DNA of 20,000 nt from an uncultured virus (IMG/VR IMGVR_UViG_2061766007_000968). Lineage: Duplodnaviria > Heunggongvirae > Uroviricota > Caudoviricetes. The translations under genes were made by a program, and so were the position numbers. Every line of letters begins with the position of its first letter. Positions within the stretch are counted from its first letter, which is position 1. Under the pieces are notes generated by a model. That model did no database searches. It had not been told where the DNA came from and was given only the letters and a program-made list of their open reading frames with translations. Below are positions 1-8,567 of the stretch, one piece after another. The DNA lies in the IMG/VR virus record IMGVR_UViG_2061766007_000968, positions 47,224 to 67,223 of that record, one strand, 5' to 3'.

Positions 1-5
1 TTTTA

Positions 6-13
6 TATATTTG
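6..13 (+). promoter_or_regulatory. Bacteroidota-type -7 promoter element (TATATTTG) upstream of terminase
   Basis: TATATTTG at 6-13 matches TAnnTTTG. The extended TATATTTGCGG is identical to the copy at 3419-3429. The -33 element would lie before the window. Confidence 0.65.
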
Positions 14-19
14 CGGTGT

Positions 20-1771
20 ATGTTCCGACTTCGAAAAAATCATGCACCATTCCCGCCGCTTTACGAGCATGTAGAGCGGAAATTGCCTACTGTCAAGGAC
101 AAAGGTTGGGATAAGGTTGGTGGTTTTACGCTAAGAGAGAAGCGAGATTTCATTCCACAGCCAGGACTTCAGGAGAGGTTTATACAGTGTGATAGCAATA
201 TCATTTTTCTGTGCGGAGCCGCGACGATGGGAAAGACATATGCCATGCTCATGAAGTTTCTCGGCGGAATGGATAAGCCCGGGTTTGCGGGCCGATTCAT
301 ATCGATGCGTCTAGCGGACTCAAAAAAAGGTACATCCATCTATCGTGACGCGATGGAGTTGCTCGGAAACTACGCAAACTGCGAGGTGTCTTCTAGCGAC
401 TCTCCAACATTTGCCTGGTCGAAGTATAACTCGGCCGTGCAGCTTATACACAGCAATTTCAATATTGATAATCCGACGGAGTGGGATGATTTCAAAGAGC
501 TGGCCAAGAAAAATCAGGCAAGCGAAATACAAATAGATGAAGGCTCCGACATGCCGTTTCGGATGTTCACATACTGGATGTCTCGTAATCGTGATTCATC
601 TGGAATGAAGCCGCAAATCACGATGTCCTTCAACCCAGAGTACGCGCACTGGACTACTACATTTCTTCTTAACGGAGGATATATTGATCCAATGACATAT
701 TATATCAAGCCGGAAATGAACGGCAGGACAAGATATGTCTATTTCAAAGGCGATGAAGTTAACGATGTTCTTTGGGGAGATACACCGGAAGAGGTTGCTG
801 AGGCCGCAGGAATAGTTCTTTCGGAGGCGGACATCAAGGCCGGGCTTACGGCGAAGGACATGGTGAAGAGCTTCACGATGTTTACCGGAGAAGCGTCAGA
901 CAACTTAAAGTTAGTTTCCGCGACCGGAGGCGGTTCTGTCGCGAACCTGCACGCAACTGGAGCTACGCAGCGCAACATCCTTAAGGGCGCATATTTTGGC
1001 CCAGTAGACAATGAGCGCTCGCCTATCACGAAGCAGATGATTGTGGAGTTGCCGAACAACCCAGTCAACGACGACGAGAACATGTACGCCACGATGGATA
1101 TCTCTGGCGCGGCTTCGTCAAAGGATCCGGATGTCTGTCAGATGGTGATATGGAAGGGCCTTCGATTCATTGCAATCGAGTCGTATCATGGCAACATGAA
1201 GGATATTGTTCCATGGATAGAGTCTATGCTATCAAAGTATGGCGTACCTGTTGAGAACTTTGCTTTCGATGCTACAGGTATGGGTTTCTTCCTTAAGGAC
1301 TATGTCAAGGGCTATCCGGTTACGGCGAACAAGACCGCCATCCAGGAATACGACGAGAATGGCAACCCGGTCACGCTCGAGCAATACTTCAATGTGAGAA
1401 GTCAACTTCTCGGGAAGATGAAGGTTCTTATAGAGACAGGCCGGATAAGCACAAGCATGGATCTCGACACTAGGATTCCGTATGGTAAGAAGGGGGAACT
1501 TCGGACAATTCGAGACATCTTGTTCGATGCTATCGACCTGTTTGTCTGCACAACAAAGAACAAGCGCATCTATTATCTGTCAAAGGACGAATACAAGGCC
1601 AGGCATCAGAAAAACTCTCCAGACCTCATGGACTGCCTATGCCTCCGGGCCGTGTTTGAACTTGACGCCCGGCCAAAGAAGGCTCCGCCTCAAGAAATTG
1701 AGGACGATGCATACGACAATATTTTTACGGACTATCTCGGCGGACGCGTCGGTGCGGTAGTCTGGGTTTAA
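20..1771 (+). CDS. terL: Phage terminase large subunit
   Basis: Motifs seen: Q-motif (PQPGLQERF), Walker A-like GAATMGKT, Walker B IQIDEG, coupling motif SFNP, and RNase H-like nuclease acidic motifs (ATMDISG..D, FDATGMG, SPDLMD). Lies directly upstream of the portal. ATG at 20 is preferred over the track's TTG at 11, which overlaps the promoter motif. Confidence 0.92.
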   Translation: MFRLRKNHAPFPPLYEHVERKLPTVKDKGWDKVGGFTLREKRDFIPQPGLQERFIQCDSNIIFLCGAATMGKTYAMLMKFLGGMDKPGFAGRFISMRLADSKKGTSIYRDAMELLGNYANCEVSSSDSPTFAWSKYNSAVQLIHSNFNIDNPTEWDDFKELAKKNQASEIQIDEGSDMPFRMFTYWMSRNRDSSGMKPQITMSFNPEYAHWTTTFLLNGGYIDPMTYYIKPEMNGRTRYVYFKGDEVNDVLWGDTPEEVAEAAGIVLSEADIKAGLTAKDMVKSFTMFTGEASDNLKLVSATGGGSVANLHATGATQRNILKGAYFGPVDNERSPITKQMIVELPNNPVNDDENMYATMDISGAASSKDPDVCQMVIWKGLRFIAIESYHGNMKDIVPWIESMLSKYGVPVENFAFDATGMGFFLKDYVKGYPVTANKTAIQEYDENGNPVTLEQYFNVRSQLLGKMKVLIETGRISTSMDLDTRIPYGKKGELRTIRDILFDAIDLFVCTTKNKRIYYLSKDEYKARHQKNSPDLMDCLCLRAVFELDARPKKAPPQEIEDDAYDNIFTDYLGGRVGAVVWV

Positions 1772-1794
1772 TATAAAAATCGCGATTTTAACCT

Positions 1795-3360
1795 ATGAAC
1801 ATTTCCAGTTACATCAACCAATCAAAGAAGAAGCCCTGGGTCAGGCTCGTCAAGGACGATTCCCCCGGCGGCTCAGGCTCGAAACCTAAGGTAATGACAC
1901 AGCAGGACTTCCTGAACGAGGTCTGCTCAGCAGCGCACAAGGTTAATTCTTCGACGATGTCGAGACGGCCAATCTACGGGCCGACCGGCGAGAAGGACAA
2001 GAACGGCAAGGAGAAATGGGCCATCGTTGGCTATGACGATATTGAAACCGTCCCGATTAGCAAGCAGTGGGAGATTATATCGAAGAAGATTTCCCATTTC
2101 GCCGCAGACGGCTTTTGGACAGCATCAGAGTCCGAAGACGAAGAGGCGTTCCAAAAGATGATGTCCTGGGCCGATACTGCCGGTATGAAGACAGCGTTCA
2201 TCGAGGCTATGTGGCACGCTATGCGAACCGGGGACAGCGCTGTCTATTGGTATCAGACTGATGACAAAGACGACCCACTACAGTACGAGGTGTACGGCTA
2301 CGAGGAGGGTAGCGTGCTGTTCCCAAGCACTGATTTTAATGGGAGGAAAACTCTCGCTCGAAAGTATAAGTTTAACACACACGACGCCGTAGACATATTC
2401 ACTCCTGATAAAATCGAAACGTGGATGATGCTGGACGAAAAAATGGACGACTACCGCCAGTTCGTGCCAGAGGGGAAGAAGCCAGAGATATCCGAAGACG
2501 GTTACACGCTTGTAAGAAGGAAGGATGCCCAGGCGGGAGATTTGTGCCAATGCATCTATTTTCGTTTCAACGACATCCCGTCCGGCGTTGTGCAGCCCAG
2601 CATCGAGAAACTCGAGGACGCAAAGACATATGTCGGAGAGCATCTGAAGGGAACGGCTATGCCTATCTTGTTCATGAAGGCCGAAAAGACGACCAGTCTT
2701 CCGCCATCTTCACTGGCGAATAAGGCCATCGGTGTCAAAGGCACATCGGATAGCTTGGCTCATGCGGATGCTAAATTCCTTGCCCCGCCAGACGCAAGCA
2801 ATATTGCCGACCTTCATATCGACGGGTTGGAGGCAGACATTAGGGATGGCGCTATGTCTGTCAAGATTGATCCAGAGATTATAAAACAGGGATCGGACAG
2901 CAGCAGTACCATGCGCATATTGTATGCTCCCGAAATTCAGTGGTGTCAGATTCATTGGCCGGAGGTGTTCAAAAGCGTTAAGCAGATGATGTTGGTATTT
3001 AAGGCTCTTGTCGGAAAAGTCGAGGAGAATGTCCCTCGGTACAGCGCCATGAGAATCTCTGTCGGAGCAAACACTTGGGTGCCTCAGAATTCTTCAGAAG
3101 AACTGAAGATGGAACTCGATCAGGTCTATGCAAGAGTAAAATCCCGTCGGGCGGCGATGCAGGATATTGGCAATGTGCATCTCGGGGACTACGAGCAGAT
3201 TAAGAAGGAATGGGAAGAGGAGCTGACAATGAAGGCAGAGGCCGGTCCGAAGGCCAAGGCGAAATTCGGCGACACTTCGGATACCTTTGGAACGGATGAA
3301 ACGAAAGAAAACCCAGCGAAGGTTGACAATAATGCTCCTGGAAAGAGTATCCAGAACTAG
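1795..3360 (+). CDS. Portal protein
   Basis: 521 aa between TerL and the scaffold/capsid genes; size and a charged low-complexity C-terminal tail fit portals. Called mainly by synteny. Confidence 0.82.
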   Translation: MNISSYINQSKKKPWVRLVKDDSPGGSGSKPKVMTQQDFLNEVCSAAHKVNSSTMSRRPIYGPTGEKDKNGKEKWAIVGYDDIETVPISKQWEIISKKISHFAADGFWTASESEDEEAFQKMMSWADTAGMKTAFIEAMWHAMRTGDSAVYWYQTDDKDDPLQYEVYGYEEGSVLFPSTDFNGRKTLARKYKFNTHDAVDIFTPDKIETWMMLDEKMDDYRQFVPEGKKPEISEDGYTLVRRKDAQAGDLCQCIYFRFNDIPSGVVQPSIEKLEDAKTYVGEHLKGTAMPILFMKAEKTTSLPPSSLANKAIGVKGTSDSLAHADAKFLAPPDASNIADLHIDGLEADIRDGAMSVKIDPEIIKQGSDSSSTMRILYAPEIQWCQIHWPEVFKSVKQMMLVFKALVGKVEENVPRYSAMRISVGANTWVPQNSSEELKMELDQVYARVKSRRAAMQDIGNVHLGDYEQIKKEWEEELTMKAEAGPKAKAKFGDTSDTFGTDETKENPAKVDNNAPGKSIQN

Positions 3361-3363
3361 ACT

Positions 3364-3394
3364 AGGTGGGCACCACGAAAAATGGTGCTCACCT
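3364..3394 (+). terminator. Stem-loop after portal (possible weak terminator or RNA-processing/stabilising hairpin)
   Basis: AGGTGGGCACCA (3364-3375) pairs with TGGTGCTCACCT (3383-3394): 12 bp with one G-U pair and a 7-nt loop. The U-tract is poor (CTTG). Confidence 0.55.
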
Positions 3395-3395
3395 C

Positions 3396-3426
3396 TTGCA
3401 AATTAAATGCCAAACATTTATATTTG
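3396..3426 (+). promoter_or_regulatory. Bacteroidota-type promoter (-33 TTG / -7 TATATTTG) for scaffold-capsid genes
   Basis: TTG at 3396-3398, 20-nt spacer, TATATTTG at 3419-3426, then an AT-rich leader to ATG 3461. Confidence 0.72.
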
Positions 3427-3460
3427 CGGCAAAGAATCCAATTCTAACTAATAAATATTT

Positions 3461-4162
3461 ATGAAAAAGAAAATCGAAGAAGCCTTGAGCGCCGAATACA
3501 AAGGGCTTGGGCTTAGCGAAAAAACAATTGGTAGGCTCGCGGACTATCTTCTGGGGTCTATCGAAAAGGAGGAAGACATCGCTACCGCTGTAAAGGGTGA
3601 CGCCGTAAAACTCCTTGCCACGTCAATCCAGGGCGAAATCGCAGGTATCAAACGCGCAAAAGAAACCGCCGAAGCAGCCCTTGCGGATTACAAGGCAAAG
3701 CATCCAGAGAAAAACGATCCAGATCCTAAAACGGACCCCGACCCAGACCCGGACGCAGACAAGACCCTCATTGAGAGGATTCAGGCTGCCGTGACCGCTG
3801 CCGTCACTCCGCTGAACGAGAAGATCGCCGCTCTGGAAAACCTCAATTCAACAAAGGCCGCGCTGACCAGCGCTCGTGAGTCTTTCTTTGGTGGCGATTA
3901 CGCCAAGAAATACAAAGATGAGGCTGACGATGCGTGGGAGCGGGCGGTCGAGATGAACGAGGCAACGGGAAACAAGATGACCGCCGAAGAACTGGCCGCC
4001 AAGGCCACCGGTTATTTCAACAAGGCCGTTTCCAGAAAAGGTGTTGACACCTCCAAGCCTTTTGTCGCTGACAAAACGGGCGAAGAAGATGAAGGCACAA
4101 TTGATTGGAGCGCCGAGAAGAAACGACTGCAGGATTCGGGTCGTCTTCCCAAAGAACAGTAA
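3461..4162 (+). CDS. Capsid scaffolding protein (putative)
   Basis: 233 aa, Ala/Lys/Glu-rich and helical/coiled-coil-like, with a DP-repeat linker. Lies between portal and capsid genes; no protease motif recognised. Confidence 0.72.
   Translation: MKKKIEEALSAEYKGLGLSEKTIGRLADYLLGSIEKEEDIATAVKGDAVKLLATSIQGEIAGIKRAKETAEAALADYKAKHPEKNDPDPKTDPDPDPDADKTLIERIQAAVTAAVTPLNEKIAALENLNSTKAALTSARESFFGGDYAKKYKDEADDAWERAVEMNEATGNKMTAEELAAKATGYFNKAVSRKGVDTSKPFVADKTGEEDEGTIDWSAEKKRLQDSGRLPKEQ
3716..3760 (+). repeat. Degenerate GAYCCN hexamer repeat encoding DPDPKTDPDPDPDAD linker
   Basis: gatccagatcctaaaacggaccccgacccagacccggacgcagac read directly in the sequence. Confidence 0.7.
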
Positions 4163-4185
4163 GTCTAACCAAAAATTGAATTGAA

Positions 4186-4827
4186 ATGAGCAATTACGGA
4201 AACGCTTTTTTCTCTCCTGAAACCAAGCAGTACCCGGGCGGTGTTGTTCCCGTGTGGCTTGAGGTCAAGGAGCGCAAGACCGCTGGCGGCACGTTCTCTC
4301 TGAACGGTGTCCAGAAGGGGACTATCTTCCCCGCCGGTATGCCCGTGCGTCTTGACAAGATGGGCGGCGAAGTTACCATCCTGCCCACCTTCGAGGTGGT
4401 CGGTGCAGTCGCATCCGATGGCACCACGCTCGTGCTGAAGCCGTCCGCCGGTGTCATTCCTGCCCAGGGTATGATTGTCGGCAAGATGTCTTCCGCCGGA
4501 GTGGCCGCGAAGGCCGTCGCCCTCGGCGCGGCCACTCCGCTGACCGGCGCTGACGCTGGCAAGTACCAGTTCACCATCACGGCTAATTCCCTCGGCGAGC
4601 TCGCTGACGGCGATGTCCTCGTGATTGTCTCCGCCTCCGGTTCCAACAAGGCCGCCGTTCTCCCGAACGGACTGTCTTGGCGTCAGGTGGTCGTAGACAG
4701 TGACAACGCCACTATCGGCACCATTGCCGTCGTGACCAAGGGCCAGATTCTGGCCGACCGCATCCCGCAGATGCCGGACTTCTACAAGGCTGCGATGCCG
4801 GGTATCACCTTTGAGTATGAACTTTAA
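4186..4827 (+). CDS. Head decoration/cement protein (putative)
   Basis: 213 aa, Gly/Ala/Val-rich and beta-type, immediately upstream of the MCP (lambda D-E like order). Shares the MCP's strongly biased codon usage. Confidence 0.65.
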   Translation: MSNYGNAFFSPETKQYPGGVVPVWLEVKERKTAGGTFSLNGVQKGTIFPAGMPVRLDKMGGEVTILPTFEVVGAVASDGTTLVLKPSAGVIPAQGMIVGKMSSAGVAAKAVALGAATPLTGADAGKYQFTITANSLGELADGDVLVIVSASGSNKAAVLPNGLSWRQVVVDSDNATIGTIAVVTKGQILADRIPQMPDFYKAAMPGITFEYEL

Positions 4828-4829
4828 TT

Positions 4830-4835
4830 AGGAGG
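4830..4835 (+). promoter_or_regulatory. Shine-Dalgarno-like AGGAGG upstream of major capsid gene
   Basis: AGGAGG at 4830-4835, 9 nt before ATG 4845. Confidence 0.5.
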
Positions 4836-4844
4836 AAAAGAATT

Positions 4845-6065
4845 ATGGCAAATCGTTACAGTCAGGGTTTCTACACCCTTATGGATGAGGCTGGAATCCT
4901 TTCTTCCAAGAGCTTCAGCCTGTATATCCGCGACGTTGTCGGCTTCGGCAACATTCAGGATCTCAATCTCGACGGCTTCTCCTGGGATCCCGTCTCTTCT
5001 CTCACTTTCGACTACGAGCAGCTGATTGCCAGCAACCGCCTCAAGGTTATGGCCACCTATGTGGACAAGGATTCCGAGGCGATTCCGTTCGGTACGGAAG
5101 GCTTTGAGAGCGCCCGTGGCGTCGTGCCTCGCCAGAAGGCCCGCTTCATCTGGGACGAGGATGACTACCGCAAGTATCTTGACGCGGTCAGCAAGCTGGA
5201 TTTCCAGAACACCACCGCCAAGCAGTACGCTCTCGACCTCCTGTTCAACGGCCTGTCCGACATCAAGAACGCTCACGAACTGTCGATGACCTATCAGCGC
5301 GACCAGATGGTTTCCAACCGCGCCCTCACGCTGACAGCCGACAACAACCCTCGCGGTATCAAGGGTCTGACCTTCTCCGCGAATGTTCCGGCCGCGAATG
5401 TCACCACGCTGACCAGCACTGCCCGTTGGTACACCGACGCGTCCCACAAGGACTCCTCCCACGAGGGATCCGATGCTGACCCTGTTAAAGACATCCGCAC
5501 CATCGTTCGCAACATGAAGCGCAAGGGCTTCAACAACATCATCCTCGAGGTTGACGAGCAGTCCTGGCTGGAGGATATGGATCACAGCAAGTGGCGCACC
5601 GCCATCGGCTATGTGCTCCGTCCCGACCTGGTTCTGGCCCCCAACAACAATGCCAACGCTCTTGCCGTAGGCAACAACGCTGGTGACGACGAGGTGAAGG
5701 TAGCGTTCGCGAAGATCATCGGCATTCCTCTGGCCAACATCAAGTTCCGTCAGGGTCTCGCCGCTGTCGAAACGCTGTCCGGCAAGGGCCCCGATGCCAC
5801 GCTTGTCCGCACTTCAATGCGTACCTTCAATGCCAACACCTATGTGTTCTACCCGGCTGGTCCTCTTGGTACAATCAAGTCCGTCCTCCCGCTGGTTCCC
5901 GATTCCTCCGCGATGTACGCTACGTTCTTCGGCGGCAAGGGTCTCATCCAGTACGAGTACGACGCAAAGTCCAAGACCCAGGATTGGTGGTCTGAGCTGA
6001 CCGCTCTGTGCGTGCCCAACCGCCCGCAGGAGATGTACTACCTGATCACCATTTCCGCTTCTTAA
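4845..6065 (+). CDS. Major capsid protein (HK97 fold presumed)
   Basis: 406 aa following the scaffold and decoration genes. W..DADPVKDI and C-terminal ALCVPNRP motifs resemble gpE-like capsids. Highly biased codon usage. Confidence 0.85.
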   Translation: MANRYSQGFYTLMDEAGILSSKSFSLYIRDVVGFGNIQDLNLDGFSWDPVSSLTFDYEQLIASNRLKVMATYVDKDSEAIPFGTEGFESARGVVPRQKARFIWDEDDYRKYLDAVSKLDFQNTTAKQYALDLLFNGLSDIKNAHELSMTYQRDQMVSNRALTLTADNNPRGIKGLTFSANVPAANVTTLTSTARWYTDASHKDSSHEGSDADPVKDIRTIVRNMKRKGFNNIILEVDEQSWLEDMDHSKWRTAIGYVLRPDLVLAPNNNANALAVGNNAGDDEVKVAFAKIIGIPLANIKFRQGLAAVETLSGKGPDATLVRTSMRTFNANTYVFYPAGPLGTIKSVLPLVPDSSAMYATFFGGKGLIQYEYDAKSKTQDWWSELTALCVPNRPQEMYYLITISAS

Positions 6066-6079
6066 AAACCTAAAGGAGT

Positions 6080-6511
6080 ATGACTGTCGAAGAATATCTG
6101 CGTAGTCTTGTCCCTGGACTCGATCTACAGGAAAATGTTGTGGCGAGAGCCGCTAGAAGTCCGAAAGAGGTCGGCCTCGACCCGCTTCCATTGGATGATG
6201 ACATCGATTATGTCATCGACCCGGAAACGGAGGAGAAAGTTCCGAGGGAAGACCCTGATAACATTTACCAGATGCGTTTGGACTACGCATCTTCGACAAT
6301 CTTTTATTCGGTGTTGGGGGTTTTCGCTGGCGGCGGCTATTCCGAACAGGTCGGAGATGTTCGCGCCTCTCGCGGAGGTTACACAATTACTATGGCTGAC
6401 CGTGCTCGGTTTAAGTCCATGGGAGATGAACTCCGCAAGAAGTGGGGCTTCGATGTCCCCGAGGATGAGTCCTCCAGTGAGATGTACGACGCAACTTATA
6501 TGAGACGATAA
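6080..6511 (+). CDS. Head-tail connector/adaptor protein (putative)
   Basis: 143 aa right after the MCP, with a helical N-terminus and an SEQVGDVRAS beta-hairpin-like segment typical of adaptor proteins. Confidence 0.6.
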   Translation: MTVEEYLRSLVPGLDLQENVVARAARSPKEVGLDPLPLDDDIDYVIDPETEEKVPREDPDNIYQMRLDYASSTIFYSVLGVFAGGGYSEQVGDVRASRGGYTITMADRARFKSMGDELRKKWGFDVPEDESSSEMYDATYMRR

Positions 6512-6849
6512 TGCAGTTCATTGATTTTCGTGACCATTGCGTTATCACTAGGGATAACGGCGGAAGGGATGAGTGGGATAATCCGCTCGACCCGGAAACT
6601 ATCTACGACGGCCCGTGCCTTTATGAGGAGGGCGGTACGAGTTACACCCGGGTTTTCACGGTGCGAAATCCCGCCGTCTTCCTCCCCGGCGTCGATGTCC
6701 AGGTTAGAATCAACGATGCGGTTACGGTCACCACGGAGTTTGACCGCGAGATCAAGTCCATCGTGAAGATTGTTAGGGACATCAATATGCCTTGGAGAAC
6801 TAATGTGAAAATTACGAGAATCGAGTTGAAGCAGGCGCAAGGAGATTAG
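6511..6849 (+). CDS. Head closure/stopper protein (putative)
   Basis: 112 aa, beta-rich (DEWDNP...IYDGPC pattern). Coupled to the previous gene by TAATG; synteny. Confidence 0.58.
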   Translation: MQFIDFRDHCVITRDNGGRDEWDNPLDPETIYDGPCLYEEGGTSYTRVFTVRNPAVFLPGVDVQVRINDAVTVTTEFDREIKSIVKIVRDINMPWRTNVKITRIELKQAQGD

Positions 6850-6852
6850 GTG

Positions 6853-7383
6853 ATGGCGAGACCGAGTAAATATGAAGGGCAAGCTTGGAAGAAGGCTTCC
6901 AAGTCTTTCCAAAAAGCGTTTTTTGAAGCAAACAAACAAATTAGCACTTTTGCGATTAACGCTTTAGACTCGGCGGCCGGGCAATTTATCCGGGACATTG
7001 GCTATAACCCAAATGGTGCGACCGGATCCATACCGTACTACACTGGAAACCTTTTGGACAGTATCGGAGTTCGCATTCTTCAGGGCAACACGCTGATGAG
7101 ATACCGGACAATGGAAACAGAGGAATTGCTGCACGCGACAAGGTCTCAGCATATGAACAACCAAAAGGACATTTGGGGGCGCATTGAGATTATGAAGAGA
7201 ATCAATAGGCCGTCCAGGCGAACCGGTAATGGTGTTGTTTCTCAACTTATCGTAGGTGTTCCTTATGCGCAAGAGGTTGACTGGACGCATGATTATTTCC
7301 CGGAGCTTCGTGACAAGTTTGTCAATACGATGAACGAGACCGCACAACTTTTGAACAAGCAAAAATGGCTGGTTGATGTATGA
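6853..7383 (+). CDS. Neck protein, HK97 gp10-like (putative)
   Basis: Contains the motifs PYYTGNLLDSI and VGVPYAQEV characteristic of gp10-like neck proteins. Start is GTG 6850 or ATG 6853. Confidence 0.65.
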   Translation: MARPSKYEGQAWKKASKSFQKAFFEANKQISTFAINALDSAAGQFIRDIGYNPNGATGSIPYYTGNLLDSIGVRILQGNTLMRYRTMETEELLHATRSQHMNNQKDIWGRIEIMKRINRPSRRTGNGVVSQLIVGVPYAQEVDWTHDYFPELRDKFVNTMNETAQLLNKQKWLVDV

Positions 7384-7874
7384 TTACACCTTCTTCCATA
7401 CACCCCGATACTGAACTGCGGGACTTCCTGCAGGGGTTGAATATCTATGTTGTCGCTCCCAGCGGCGAGACTGTTCCAGTCGCTATTTACGGAGACTGGG
7501 AAAAGCCGACCAACGAGGTGCCAGACGATTTCATTATCGTGATGAACAACGGCGACATAGGCGGTGTCGGGAACACGGTATCGTATGCTGATGGCTACAT
7601 CATGGTCAGTCTGTACTGCAAACTTAACGACGACGGATCTGTAAAGAAGAACCGCGTGAATAAAATACTGCAGCAACTCGACGAGATGTTCATAGAGCGC
7701 ATCGAAGAAGAACAGACGGGTATAGTAACAGAGTACTACAAAAGCCTTGTGACAGACAACTACGTATACAAGTACGACGCACAGCGATTCATAACCCCCA
7801 CCACACCGAATATTACTTCGGGATATTCTATTACCAACCTCAATTTGAGGTGGCACACGAACAATGATGTATAA
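7380..7874 (+). CDS. Tail completion/terminator protein (putative)
   Basis: 164 aa, acidic, immediately before the major tail protein; ATGA overlap with the previous gene. Confidence 0.6.
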   Translation: MITPSSIHPDTELRDFLQGLNIYVVAPSGETVPVAIYGDWEKPTNEVPDDFIIVMNNGDIGGVGNTVSYADGYIMVSLYCKLNDDGSVKKNRVNKILQQLDEMFIERIEEEQTGIVTEYYKSLVTDNYVYKYDAQRFITPTTPNITSGYSITNLNLRWHTNNDV

Positions 7875-7894
7875 CGCATAAAAATTGACATACT

Positions 7895-8503
7895 ATGGCA
7901 ATTGCAAAACTTGAAGCAGCTGGCAAGCTGTTCGCCGGTCAGGGAGACCTCGTTATCTTCGATGTTATCTCTGACTACGCGGGCAAGACCCTCGCGGATC
8001 TTGCGAATCCGAAGTCCCTGGGCCAGATTGTCCAGGACTCCACCACCTGGGAAGGCGAGGACGTGAACACCGACCAGATTCTGGACGAGCAGGGCAACCT
8101 GATCACCGCCCGTGTCACTGCCGGTACTCTTGGCTTCTCCTTCGACATCGCCTCCACCTCCCGCGAGATGGTAAAGACCTTCCTCGCTGGCGAGAACATC
8201 GGCGTGGCCGCCACTGGCGCTGCGACTCTGAATGGCGTGTTCTTTGACGGTGACACCCCGGACACTTCCGTGTATGCGGCTGGTTACGGTGTTGCTCTTC
8301 CGGTTATTACTCGCCCGATCGCCGTTCTCAACGACGAGCTGAACCGCGCGTGGATTTACCCGAAGGCGAAGATTACCGCCAACCTGACTCTCTCCGACGG
8401 TCTGTACCGCATCCACGCGGTCGTGCTTGCGGAGAATGTTGAGGTGCGCGACTCCAACGGCGTCGCCCAGCTGACCACTGGTATGATTGTCGACAAGAGC
8501 TAG
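7895..8503 (+). CDS. Major tail (tube) protein
   Basis: 202 aa, beta-rich, with high-expression codon bias like the MCP. Followed by a strong terminator, then the chaperone and tape measure genes. Confidence 0.8.
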   Translation: MAIAKLEAAGKLFAGQGDLVIFDVISDYAGKTLADLANPKSLGQIVQDSTTWEGEDVNTDQILDEQGNLITARVTAGTLGFSFDIASTSREMVKTFLAGENIGVAATGAATLNGVFFDGDTPDTSVYAAGYGVALPVITRPIAVLNDELNRAWIYPKAKITANLTLSDGLYRIHAVVLAENVEVRDSNGVAQLTTGMIVDKS

Positions 8504-8526
8504 TCTCTTTACGCGAGTTATTAAAT

Positions 8527-8553
8527 GGGGCGGGCCGTGCGCCCGCCCTTTTT
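8527..8553 (+). terminator. Intrinsic terminator after major tail gene
   Basis: GGGGCGGGC-cgtgc-GCCCGCCCT stem-loop followed by a T-run (8549-8553). Confidence 0.8.
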
Positions 8554-8567
8554 CCAATTAAGAAAGC

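Noticed and set aside
3282..3289. TACCTTTG promoter-like match inside portal (also TAAATTTG at 15413-15420)
   Set aside because: Intragenic, with no TTG at the roughly 20-nt -33 spacing; probably chance.
4194..5585. Minus-strand ORFs of 151 and 253 aa (also 7760..8557, 11159..12022, 14190..14819)
   Set aside because: They lie opposite well-supported genes whose codon bias depletes antisense stop codons; no supporting signals.
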